From IMG/VR virus record IMGVR_UViG_3300013125_000002: a stretch of 64,000 bases of DNA; one strand, written 5' to 3'. The stretch is from a virus. The position numbers were made by a program, and so were the translations under genes. The notes under the pieces were generated by a model. That model did no database searches. It had not been told where the DNA came from and saw nothing but the letters and a program-made list of their open reading frames with translations. Below, piece by piece: positions 53,292 to 62,900 of the stretch; within the stretch, counting starts at the first letter, position 1; each line of letters opens with the position of its first letter.

Positions 53292-54415
53292 TAGTCTTCC
53301 CCTTCCTTCTTGTCCGTGTAGAGATGAGCCAGACGCTCACCCTCGGTTGGTCCCTTCCAGAATGCCTCAATCCACATCCGCTTGCGAAGCGTCCTTCCTG
53401 GTCCATAGGCCTGGTCCCGCCAGTGCCCACGCACCACGAAACGCTTCTTGATTGTCCAGGCTGACTCGTCCAAATACTGAGACCGAGCCGCTTGAACTAG
53501 CTCCTTGGAAAGTTTGATCTCCTTGCCGAGGAGCCAAACTATAGGCTTCCTCTCGAAGGTAGTTTCGGTCTTGGAAGCTCGCCGCTTGGCCTTCTTGGTC
53601 GTGTACTGAACTTGCCTCTCTCCCTTGCCTCGCTCTGCAACATAGAGACAGAGATTGATGATGAGCTTCCAGCAACGATTCATGTTCTCGATCTCCTCTG
53701 CCGAAAGTGCAAAGGAGTCTGGGCCTCCGATCTCATTCTGGTTAGAGCGGCTGATGTTCTCGAGCCACTCACCAAGAGTCATCGAAGAGTCTTCATCCGG
53801 CAGGCGTACCTGAGAGAACGAGATCGAACCACGCTTCCCGAGCATCAGAAGCATGGCTGATGGTTCCTTGAAGAGAGTAGAGCCCCTTGTCACAACCGCC
53901 ATGGTGACAGGATCGGGTTGGCTATCATAGGGGCTGATCATGGCCAACAAGGCGACGGACAGCGCTGCCAGCTGCAGCAACCGCTTCCGCAGCTCTACTT
54001 TGGCGTGCGGGTTGTCACGCTGCACCTCATCTAGCTTCACCACGCGCTTTCGGAGCATGCGACGCCACTCCTCGATTCCCCACGTCCCGTTAGCCTCCCC
54101 CCACAAGAACGTCTGGATCTCCCTCGCGGCACAAATCGCATCCCTGATCTTCGCGTCCTCTACATCGACCAGCCCCGCCTCCAACTCCGCGACCCGCTTC
54201 TCAGCCACACGGAGGTTCAACACCAGCTCTTCGCAGCGTACTTTGTAGGTCTGATCCGGAAAGTGATGCTCACCTAAGTAGGCAAGCTTCTCCAGCTCAG
54301 CGATCTGCTGCTTGAGCTGAGCTGTATCCTCTTCCTTTGTGAGCGCATCTCGACAGCCACGAACATAGCAGTCACATGCACCGCCACAGTCCTCGTGGTC
54401 ACACCTCTTGTCCAT
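53291..54415 (-). CDS. Composite hypothetical protein with a MazG-like helical segment
   Basis: W..ML..ELRKRLLQLAALSVA; C-terminal VRGHWR..GPGR..WIEAFWKG. Confidence 0.5.
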   Translation of the reverse strand: MDKRCDHEDCGGACDCYVRGCRDALTKEEDTAQLKQQIAELEKLAYLGEHHFPDQTYKVRCEELVLNLRVAEKRVAELEAGLVDVEDAKIRDAICAAREIQTFLWGEANGTWGIEEWRRMLRKRVVKLDEVQRDNPHAKVELRKRLLQLAALSVALLAMISPYDSQPDPVTMAVVTRGSTLFKEPSAMLLMLGKRGSISFSQVRLPDEDSSMTLGEWLENISRSNQNEIGGPDSFALSAEEIENMNRCWKLIINLCLYVAERGKGERQVQYTTKKAKRRASKTETTFERKPIVWLLGKEIKLSKELVQAARSQYLDESAWTIKKRFVVRGHWRDQAYGPGRTLRKRMWIEAFWKGPTEGERLAHLYTDKKEGED

Positions 54416-54419
54416 GGCC

Positions 54420-54902
54420 CTACTCCTTGCCGATGATCTTCTTCACCAGGTCCACCGGAACTACCACACTTGACAACCTGCCATCAACAAAAACACCACC
54501 TGCCTTGGGGTCCGTGTAGAGCTTCTTCAGCTCCTCGACTGCAGACACATGCTGGTTGAAGAGATCCGACAGTCCCTTGAAGGCCTTGTGCCACATCTCA
54601 TGGAGCATGTGATCTCCATGGATGTCCTTCACACCCTCTGGGACAGTCGGCTCAGGCTGCCACCAGTTCTCACCCTCCTCCTGGTGGTATGCTTGATCCT
54701 CTGGGTGGGGCGCAGGATAGATCACGAAAGCTGGTGCTCCAATGGAACACCCATCCAGCATCGAGAGCACACTGAAAATAGCCCCAGCCACCTTGTCCTC
54801 AGCTGTTACAGCGCGTGCCTCTCTGATCCAGTACTTGGCGATCACCACCAAGTGCTCGAGGAACATCTCCCGCATCTCTTCCTGCGTGTACTGTCGGCTC
54901 AT
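54420..54902 (-). CDS. Hypothetical protein
   Basis: 160 aa. Confidence 0.6.
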   Translation of the reverse strand: MSRQYTQEEMREMFLEHLVVIAKYWIREARAVTAEDKVAGAIFSVLSMLDGCSIGAPAFVIYPAPHPEDQAYHQEEGENWWQPEPTVPEGVKDIHGDHMLHEMWHKAFKGLSDLFNQHVSAVEELKKLYTDPKAGGVFVDGRLSSVVVPVDLVKKIIGKE

Positions 54903-54903
54903 C

Positions 54904-55333
54904 TCAGTCTCCGCTAGGCTTCTTCTGGGTCATGGAGGCGATGAAACTACGAATCTGAGCACCGCCCTTGGAGTCACTTCTGGCTGCTTCCTTCTCGAGC
55001 GTGTCCAGAAACATCGACATCACTCTTCGCTTGTTGTCCTCTCTATGCCTCTCCACGTTCTGGATCAGATTTTCAACCTGCTCTGCACGCTCCCGCTTCA
55101 CATCACCTGGTGTCCGCGTCGAGGTCAACTTGAGACCCTGCAGTCGCTCGTAGTCAACCCGAAGCTCCCGGAGCTTCTCAACCCCCCAGCTCCTGGTTCA
55201 TATCGTTCCAGCGCATCTCAAGAAGGAGCTTCAGGCTCTCGAAGCCATTGTTCCCGGCAAGAAGTGCCAGCCGAACATACTGCTCCGAGAGCCCAAACTT
55301 CTCGAAGAGCGGGATGATCTCAGAGAGCTTCAT
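54904..55333 (-). pseudogene. Hypothetical gene split by a frameshift in a G6 run (or sequencing indel)
   Basis: MKLSEIIPLF.. stops after G6 at 55182-55187; removing one G joins it to ORF 54904..55128. Confidence 0.55.
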
Positions 55334-55653
55334 CAGATGATCCCCAGGTAGTCTTCCAGAAGGTCATGAAGAATAGCTGCTGCCTCACGGGGCAGAACTA
55401 GCACTTGAAGCTCACCTCCCCGAGTAGAAAAGGTCAGCATCACGGACCCCATCTGGGGCAGGTTCTCTGGCAGCTCGACAAGGCTGACGAGCCGCTCACT
55501 GAACTTCGGATTCCCAGCTGCATCAAGCTTCTCAGCAACCTGGAACTTGACTGCCTTGGAGAAGAGAATCTGACCCTCGACCTGCTGCATCTTTGCATCA
55601 GAGTCATCTTTGTGCTCGATGACTGCCTTCTGCTCTTCGATCTTGTTTTCCAT
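55333..55653 (-). CDS. Hypothetical protein
   Basis: Start at MENKIEEQ. Confidence 0.55.
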   Translation of the reverse strand: MENKIEEQKAVIEHKDDSDAKMQQVEGQILFSKAVKFQVAEKLDAAGNPKFSERLVSLVELPENLPQMGSVMLTFSTRGGELQVLVLPREAAAILHDLLEDYLGII

Positions 55654-56311
55654 GTCGTCCACCCTTTTTGTGATCCCCCTTTGGAACCCCCACCAAGCAT
55701 TCAACTCGATGGGGGCTGATCCTACATTTTATTTATCCCACCTATCCGCACCTCGTCCCACCATCCCGCCCGTCCCCAGTTCCAACCCTAACACCAGCCT
55801 CCTATCTCCTATACGTCCTTCCAGCCCCGCAATTGATCCTATGCCCCTTCATTCGGGCATCCCTTCTCGTCAGGCCCAACCCCCAACAGACCGCTACTGA
55901 TCCACCTTAGCAACGAACAGGCTAACCCACGCACAAGCCAACAAACTAACGCACGGCCAGACGTTCATCCGCCCCTACTCCCCAGTCTGCCCTCCGCGCC
56001 TCCCCACCTGCTGCCAACCAGACCCGGGGAGACCGTGCTCAACATGCTAGTTTGCCGCGTGTTCCCTCGAAAGCACTCTTTGCCGGTCGATGGCCACGCA
56101 AGCGGGGATCTAGCGGATCAGCGAACACCAGGATGGGGCCGGTCAGGTCAGCCTCGAAATGCAGAACCGGGGCGAGCAAGGGCCACTGCTCCAGGTCGCG
56201 ATCCGACGCCGCCGCCCTCACCATCATTTTCTGCTGGTCCCGGGAGGCGCCGGGCACCTCCTCAAAGCCGCGTACCGTGGACAGCTGGATGGTGCGTCCG
56301 GGGCCCGCCGG

Positions 56312-56378
56312 TGTTCACATGGGGATTGACATGTTCACGAATATGGACAATTGTTCATGAATGGCCAGAGATGTTCAC
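56312..56378 (+). repeat. Four TGTTCA(C/T) direct repeats at exactly 20-bp period
   Basis: Starts at 56312, 56332, 56352, 56372. Confidence 0.8.
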
Positions 56379-56410
56379 GGACCGTCCGGGCTCCCACACC
56401 GCCCCACGGA

Positions 56411-56767
56411 TCAGTCCTTCTTGTCCTGATCCTGTTGAGTCTCATCGACCACCAAGATCTGGACAGCCGCCATCACCTTGGAGATGAGTGCAGTCTTCAC
56501 CTCAATCACAGCGTCCTTCAGAGCGTTGTGCATGGCCGTGTAGATCTTGCCATCGAACCGCTTTTTCATCTCCTCATAGACCCCAGTGCAGTAGTCAGAG
56601 ACGAGCTGCTCGAAGCTCACCCGCACCCGCTTCTGAATCTCCTCCGCAAGGTCCTGGCGAAGAGTAATCTTGGTGATTCGACCCCAGCTGTCATGTGCTG
56701 TCTGACCGACTGTCTCCTCCACGTACTTCTTGACGGTCTCACCGATCTCCCTGGTGTAGTTCCTCAC
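56411..56767 (-). CDS. Hypothetical helical protein
   Basis: 118 aa; start uncertain. Confidence 0.5.
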   Translation of the reverse strand: MRNYTREIGETVKKYVEETVGQTAHDSWGRITKITLRQDLAEEIQKRVRVSFEQLVSDYCTGVYEEMKKRFDGKIYTAMHNALKDAVIEVKTALISKVMAAVQILVVDETQQDQDKKD

Positions 56768-57289
56768 CTCGAACTTGATATCGTTCTCAAAGTGGTCACG
56801 GACGAAGGCTTTGGCGACCGACCTCCTTTGTGAAGATCAGCTTCCGATCCAACGTTCCATCAGACGTTTCTTCCGTCCGACTTAACACCCCTCGCGAGGC
56901 CTGCCATTCTCCCGTTCAAGCAAACATTCCGACAACTAATCAAGCCTCAATCCGTTCGGACTTCTCAACGTCCCAGCGGCCGTCCCTTCCTTCACCACCT
57001 AGCTCCATTCGCACGTTCTCACCAACACACCACCGCGCCCTTATTCCTATCTAGTGATCTCGCAAACCTGCGCGCCGACAACCAACCTGTCCGCTACCTC
57101 TCGCCCGATCCTATCGCCCTTCGCTATTCCGAGCACTCAGACCGACCTACTGGCATTCTGTCCGTTGCTCGATCACAACCCCGCACTAGCGAACCTGCCA
57201 CCATTCCGTCGAACTGGCCCTCCAACAAACCGGCCGACACAGCCTCCTACCTCCAATCGCCCAATCCCGGCCACGTACTCCATCACCCT

Positions 57290-57321
57290 TATAATACGAA
57301 TGGCCCCTCCCTCTCGGACAC
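57290..57321 (-). promoter_or_regulatory. Phage-specific promoter motif copy 3
   Basis: GTGTC-N16-TTCGTATTATA. Confidence 0.7.
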
Positions 57322-57381
57322 CGGACACTACTTCCCCCATCTTTCCTCATCCCCCTGAGAACATGGGTCCTAGCTCAGGCA

Positions 57382-57674
57382 CTGGTTCTAGAACTCAGCC
57401 TCGCATAGATGAACAGCATCATTCAGCCGGGATTATCCTGACCGATAGTCCGTCCTACTACACAGTCCCTCCGGGGACCCGCTGAGAAGGTTCCTTCCCC
57501 ATTTTGATCCCCCCTCATTCATGGGTGGGGGTACCTCCGAGAGGCGACTCAACTTAGACGTGGCTTCCCCTCTCAAACTGGTTCTAGGTTTCACCAGCTG
57601 CTACCCACAATATATTTGACAATTTATCAACGATTTAATTGACCATTTAATCGCATATTGTGTTCTGGTTCTAG
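57382..57674. other. AT-rich core flanked by three CTGGTTCTAG repeats (candidate origin or packaging site)
   Basis: Repeats at 57382, 57578, 57665; AT-rich 57608-57660; no long ORF. Confidence 0.45.
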
Positions 57675-58070
57675 ATTCGGTCTTACGGGGGTCATACACC
57701 AAAAATCGCCTACGCCAAGGAAGTCGGTCTGCTAAGGGTGGGGTCTAGCCTCCAGTGTTTGTGCCATGGGGGTCACCACAACATGGCCTATATCGCTTCT
57801 CAGCTGCAATACACGCTACATTGTGGTTCATAGTCGCTAGGACTTAGGGGTAGCTGGGGAGCTGGTTCAACACTCTCACATGGGCACTCGCACACGAGGA
57901 GGCTTTGGTTCGGGTCACTCATGGGCACATGGGATCTGGTTCGCTTTGAGGGAAGGAGAAGAGGAAGGAAGGAGCTTAGGGACTCCGGAGCTTCCCTTGT
58001 TGGTTGCTTGTGTCCTTTGAATCTTCCCCTGGGCATTACCTCTTGCCTTAGGTCTCTTCCTGCTTGCCTT

Positions 58071-58148
58071 TTGCGATCTCATTGCGACCCTTTTAGGTAG
58101 GCTATTGCGAGATCTGAATTGCGTTGTATGTGCTTGATCTTATTGCGA
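58071..58148 (+). repeat. Five (A)TTGCG(A) direct repeats
   Basis: At 58071, 58081, 58104, 58118, 58142. Confidence 0.65.
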
Positions 58149-58390
58149 GAATTGGGATGTATGTATGGTAAAGCGAGGGCAGGATCGGAGTATCGTAAAG
58201 CCCTTGAAATGATAGGTATATCGGAGACATTGATCCTCACGTATAGTATGGTGAGAAGCTGTGAGTGATCTGGCTGTGGTGCTTTGGTGATACAGGGGCT
58301 GTATGTAAGATATGTAGTTGGATCTTATTGAAAAGAGAGCGTATAGATGAGGATTCTAGAATCCATAGATCTAGAGCCTGCGTAGCTCCT

Positions 58391-58768
58391 TCATGGTGTT
58401 GTATGCGTGACCAGAACCATGTCATCTGGCTTGAGAGCTTTGAGACAGGTGCTGCATCTCCACTCATCCGGGAGCTTGTCACTGACTCTCCCTGGGGCCT
58501 TGATTGCCCTGCCTCCATCCTCCTTGTGCCTTGGTATGGGGCTTTGGTGGACTGCTTGCTGCTCACACCTCCAGACCTGGGACCAATACCTCAGAGACTT
58601 CTCATCCTGTATGCGTAGGGCCTCCTGGTAAGCTGTATAGGCTGCGTTCCCTGGTAAGTGATAGTTCGAGAGCCTCATCTCCTTCTGGATGGCTTGGAGG
58701 GCTTCATCGAGCCGTATGTGGGCTTGGAGAAACTCCGATAGATAGTCATTGTGCGCTGGCTCTGGCAT
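58391..58768 (-). CDS. Hypothetical protein
   Basis: 125 aa, GAGG RBS. Confidence 0.5.
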   Translation of the reverse strand: MPEPAHNDYLSEFLQAHIRLDEALQAIQKEMRLSNYHLPGNAAYTAYQEALRIQDEKSLRYWSQVWRCEQQAVHQSPIPRHKEDGGRAIKAPGRVSDKLPDEWRCSTCLKALKPDDMVLVTHTTP

Positions 58769-58805
58769 GGGCTTTTCCTCTTTAGGTATGTAGGATGATG
58801 TGAGA

Positions 58806-59012
58806 CTACTTGGTATAGAGGCTGGCCAGGTCAGCTAGCAGCCTCTTGATCACGGGATCACTTGTATAGTGGTCGAGTGTCGGGAGCAGTGCCTGGGCTC
58901 GGCTGACCAAGTTGTCAATATCATTCAGAAGCGGCTCGAGCTGCTGCTGTATGGGTCTTGTGGCCTGTATAGCTGCTGAGGGCTTGGGCTTTCGGTAGAT
59001 CTGCTTGCTCAT
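58806..59012 (-). CDS. Hypothetical protein
   Basis: 68 aa, ATGA overlap. Confidence 0.5.
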   Translation of the reverse strand: MSKQIYRKPKPSAAIQATRPIQQQLEPLLNDIDNLVSRAQALLPTLDHYTSDPVIKRLLADLASLYTK

Positions 59013-59227
59013 AGCACAGGCTGGAAGCTTGTTCGTATGCCCCAGTGGCTATTGCACCCAGGGCAAGCGTATAGGGACTCGAACTCGATCCTGTGGACAG
59101 TAGGAGTGTATAGGACAGCTCCGGCTGACAAGATCAGCAACTGGCAACAAGGGCACTTGGAGTAGTTGTGGCCTGCGGCCACGTTCCTGCGGAGTATAGG
59201 TCGCTTGGGATTGCCCAGGGTCTTCAT
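59009..59227 (-). CDS. Zinc-ribbon hypothetical protein
   Basis: CPCC..CPGC. Confidence 0.5.
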   Translation of the reverse strand: MKTLGNPKRPILRRNVAAGHNYSKCPCCQLLILSAGAVLYTPTVHRIEFESLYACPGCNSHWGIRTSFQPVL

Positions 59228-59400
59228 GATGCTTTGCCTTTGCTCAAAGCCTGTATGGCTTCATCCGGGGACATGGTGGGATTGATCTTGCCTTCACTCA
59301 CGTATCGATCAATGTCCCTATATGTGAGATTGCCAGCTGCGTTCCACAGCTCGAGCCTCCAGATGCAGCTAACGCACTGCGTCTTCCACGTATGGTTTCT

Positions 59401-59667
59401 TCATGGCAGCTCCCAGTATGTATGGGCTCTTCTGATCTTCATTGCTGGTGTGGTGTGAAGCTTTCGCAGCACAGCGAGCGTTGCTATGAAGTCCTCACGT
59501 GCAGTGGCGGTTGCCTCAGTCGTTGGAAGCGCTGAGGGATAGTCGATGATCAAAGTCCCAGCTGTTATGGCAGGTGGCGGTTTGAAGAAGTCCACTCGCG
59601 CTTTGAACTTCTCGCACTCAAAGAACAATTCATCATGCTTGATCCAACCAGCTGGCTGTATAGCCAT
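59401..59667 (-). CDS. Hypothetical protein; frame stays open past the TGA to 59224
   Basis: 88 aa plus a 58-codon in-frame continuation. Confidence 0.5.
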   Translation of the reverse strand: MAIQPAGWIKHDELFFECEKFKARVDFFKPPPAITAGTLIIDYPSALPTTEATATAREDFIATLAVLRKLHTTPAMKIRRAHTYWELP

Positions 59668-59670
59668 GAC

Positions 59671-59994
59671 TCATCTGGAGCTGAGGAGCTGAGAGACAGT
59701 GCTAAGGGCCTCTCTCAGCATGCGTAGCGTTCGCTCGGAGTTGGTCTCATCCCACAGCCCCTTGGGTATGGATTCTAGAACTAGTATGGCTGTGGTGAGA
59801 GCGATCTCCTCGTCCTGGAGCTGCTGTATGTTGCCCTTGAGATCCTTGACGTATGTGGTGCCAAGGATGTGCTCGGACAAAGGATCATCCACTTGCTTCT
59901 CGAAGTTGTCCAGTATGGCTTGGAGCTTGGGCTGACATTCCTCGATCCTCCGCTCCATGATCCTCAAGCACTCGATGACTCGTTCCTTTTTCAT
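59671..59994 (-). CDS. Hypothetical helical protein
   Basis: 107 aa, ATGA overlap. Confidence 0.55.
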   Translation of the reverse strand: MKKERVIECLRIMERRIEECQPKLQAILDNFEKQVDDPLSEHILGTTYVKDLKGNIQQLQDEEIALTTAILVLESIPKGLWDETNSERTLRMLREALSTVSQLLSSR

Positions 59995-60230
59995 AGCGCT
60001 AGCTCCGGGACCTCGTGCTCATGCTTCTTGTTCTCTTCGATATACAGCTCCATCAGCTTGCAGGTGAGCTTTGGGATCAGGTCTTTGGGCAAGCGCAGGC
60101 TGTGTGAGGTAGACCCCTGTATTGTCTTCCCTTTTGACCCCATGGTCACATCATCCCTGATGTATGTGATCTTCACCCTGTCTGGATCGAATGGATCTTT
60201 CTCGACAGTAATGCGCTCACTCGTTGGCAT
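59991..60230 (-). CDS. Hypothetical protein
   Basis: Start at MPTSERIT (GGAG RBS). Confidence 0.5.
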   Translation of the reverse strand: MPTSERITVEKDPFDPDRVKITYIRDDVTMGSKGKTIQGSTSHSLRLPKDLIPKLTCKLMELYIEENKKHEHEVPELAL

Positions 60231-60498
60231 CCTGCTCCGCTCCTTGGGGTAGATGTATGTGGTTGAGTCGTGCCATGTCGACCACGAACTTATAGCCATC
60301 CGAGGCCTTGCGTAGGGACAGCACAGCTTCCTTGAAGGACTCGAAGGCAGGACCCTCGTTGGTCTTATTGCCGATGGCCTTTCGCAGCTCAGAGAGCCGG
60401 TAGTCGTGTTGGTCCCAGGCTTGCTGCAGGGCTCGATGTGCATCTCGGTAAGCGCGAGTGATGATGGACTCAGCGGCTGTGGCGGTTTCAGGTGGCAT
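60217..60498 (-). CDS. Hypothetical protein
   Basis: 93 aa, AAGGA RBS. Confidence 0.5.
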   Translation of the reverse strand: MPPETATAAESIITRAYRDAHRALQQAWDQHDYRLSELRKAIGNKTNEGPAFESFKEAVLSLRKASDGYKFVVDMARLNHIHLPQGAEQDANE

Positions 60499-60782
60499 GT
60501 ATGTGATCCTTAGAACATGGGCTGCTCATCCAGAGGGATCTCATTGTGTGACCACACAATACCCTGTTGGTCGACCATGAACAACAAGATCGTCAAGTCA
60601 ATTCCCATGGCCTTGTATGGCTTAGCAAACGATCTGAGCTTACTCACGATCAGCATTTCCATTTCATTGGATGTATCGCCCAGCTCGCCTGTTGCGACCA
60701 ACGCATCCCAATCGAACTCGAGCAGCAGCTCAAGATGGTGCTTTGCCGGCTGTATGAGGGAAGCTGGATTTGGTGGAAGTGC

Positions 60783-61235
60783 TTATTTGAAGCCTTTTGT
60801 CTCACACACCTCAATGTGCGAGAGGTGTCTGTTGAAGATCGATTTCAGCTCAGGCTCAAGGTGTTGAGCAACCTTAGGATCTGTTCCGAACCTCTGTATT
60901 GCTGTCTCACACAGGATCATTTGGTTACCCCGAGGCCCAGCTGGGAAACTAACCAAGTATGCGTATGGTGGTACCCCGATCTTTATGATCTTTCCCAACC
61001 AGCGCTGAGTTTCGGAAATGGTTGCTCGCACATACTCACCCACTTTGTACATGGGCTCAGAGTGGGCTGGTGCTGGTGGTTGGGTCGACCCCACCCAGAA
61101 AGCCCCCTCAGCTCGACGTTTTTGCACTTCCTTGAATGCGATCTTCTTTGCCATCACTCGTGCCATCGCAGAAGCTCTCAGCTTAGCGATCTCGATCCTC
61201 AACAGGAGATTACACTCGGCCACCGTAAAGATCAA
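60783..61235 (-). CDS. Hypothetical protein with SH3-like segment
   Basis: YKVGEYV..GKI..YLVSF. Confidence 0.45.
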   Translation of the reverse strand: MIFTVAECNLLLRIEIAKLRASAMARVMAKKIAFKEVQKRRAEGAFWVGSTQPPAPAHSEPMYKVGEYVRATISETQRWLGKIIKIGVPPYAYLVSFPAGPRGNQMILCETAIQRFGTDPKVAQHLEPELKSIFNRHLSHIEVCETKGFK

Positions 61236-61503
61236 CTTTCAAGTCACGTATGGAGCAGTATTCCCCAGCCTTCCTCCGTGCGACGTATGCTCGCAGCAAT
61301 CGCTGCTATTTTCCCAAAGTGATCTTAATACGCTGCTTATCTACAGGTCGAGGAAACCGTAGCTGCTCAACAGCAAGCTGGTAGATCTGAGTCTCAGTCT
61401 TGACGTTGTGTATGTCCGCCCCAGCAACGGCCAGAGCTTCGAGGATGAGCCATGCATCCTCGGCACGAAGTTGCACCATGGGCCACCCCCTCCAATCCCC
61501 AAC

Positions 61504-62064
61504 TCAAAGTTGCCAATAGGCATTGCGCTTCCTCGCTTCGACCTTCCGTACCCACACCTCATAGAAGTAGTGGATGGATGCTTCCTCTTCCTTAAGAACC
61601 TGCTCGGTTGGGTAGATAGTATTGATCCTACTCAAAGCCAACCCTGCCTTGAGCTTTGCGATCTCGTATTGCTGCTTTTTGGTAGGCCTTGGAGGTCCTT
61701 CCTCTTTGCCAGCGTAGTATATGGGGTCAACACCAAGAGCTACACCTTCCCACCCAGGAACTGGAACACTCGGTCTGTATGGTGACCCCAGGATGCGTTG
61801 ACGTAACTCATTGGCCGACTCTCCATGCCTGCGCGAGACAGGCATGGGTGATGTTGCAGGGGCTGGCTGTATGGGGCCCGCTTTCGGCTCACCCTTTCGG
61901 CTGAGGCGCGAGATGTCAATAGCACGAGCGCTAGGATAGCCATCAATCTGGATTCTGATCTTACCCCACCCAGATTGATAATCCTCAACCACAGTGGCCA
62001 TGCACCCGAGGCACATGTTGCCCCCAGTGATCTGGACACGCTCGCCCTTGAGAAAGAGTGGCAT
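61504..62064 (-). CDS. KOW-like N-terminal domain protein
   Basis: FLKGERVQITGG..G..ATVV. Confidence 0.55.
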   Translation of the reverse strand: MPLFLKGERVQITGGNMCLGCMATVVEDYQSGWGKIRIQIDGYPSARAIDISRLSRKGEPKAGPIQPAPATSPMPVSRRHGESANELRQRILGSPYRPSVPVPGWEGVALGVDPIYYAGKEEGPPRPTKKQQYEIAKLKAGLALSRINTIYPTEQVLKEEEASIHYFYEVWVRKVEARKRNAYWQL

Positions 62065-62900
62065 CAGCTCGTCTTGCCCTTCACAGCCCAGTATGCGTCC
62101 TGCCTCTCGATCTTTTGCTTTTCAAAACTCGAAGTCAGATCAGTAAGAGGGATCGATTGGGATGGGAACATAGGTAGCACAGCTTCGATCCCCTGGTCAG
62201 CTATTGCACTCAGAATGCGCTTCAGATCTGACTCGCGTATAAGGCACTCTCCTACTTGAGGTCGATCATCACAACTCTTCAGCGTACAGAGACATCTTCC
62301 TGTCTCATCCCAACTATCTGTAACTTCCCAAACAGTCATCCGAGGGATCGGATAGTGAAACGAGTTTGTATGTGAAGTCGGCTCACCAAATGAAAACTCC
62401 ACTTGGGTTTCATCACCCACAAATCCTGCTCCACGAAGGTACCACCCCTCAGACGCCCACGTGCAACTAGGCAATTCTTGAGTTTCAAGAGTCATAATGA
62501 TCAACTTCGCTAAATTAGAAAGATCAGGACAGGGAATATTGAACTGGGACTGGGTAGATCGAACGATCCTCTCAGCAAACCATCCTGCATCAGGATCACC
62601 AGGAAGCCATAATAGGCCAGGAGGCAACGAGTCACCCTTTAGACCACAGGCTACAAGCCACGATGTGAATGTGGAGCGCACAGCAGCATTAGTCACAACC
62701 TGAGAGAACACGGACGCATCAAATGCGATGTGCAGAGTGAGCATCTGGATTGGGCGGCCAAGCCCATCTCCATACAGCTCCCACTCTGCATTCGTTAGCG
62801 AGAAGCCACAGGGCTTCAACTCATCATGAAGCTTCCGATGAACTAGGCTCGTGTTCGCTGCTGGAATTAACACCCATGTCGGGTGTGACCCCCTGGGCAT
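62064..62900 (-). CDS. Hypothetical protein
   Basis: 278 aa. Confidence 0.55.
   Translation of the reverse strand: MPRGSHPTWVLIPAANTSLVHRKLHDELKPCGFSLTNAEWELYGDGLGRPIQMLTLHIAFDASVFSQVVTNAAVRSTFTSWLVACGLKGDSLPPGLLWLPGDPDAGWFAERIVRSTQSQFNIPCPDLSNLAKLIIMTLETQELPSCTWASEGWYLRGAGFVGDETQVEFSFGEPTSHTNSFHYPIPRMTVWEVTDSWDETGRCLCTLKSCDDRPQVGECLIRESDLKRILSAIADQGIEAVLPMFPSQSIPLTDLTSSFEKQKIERQDAYWAVKGKTS

Noticed and set aside
55182-55187. Programmed frameshift or phase variation at the G6 run
   Set aside because: A homopolymer sequencing error or recent mutation explains it equally well; reads are needed.
56312-56378. Mini CRISPR array
   Set aside because: 7-bp repeats with 13-bp spacers are far too short, and no cas genes are present.
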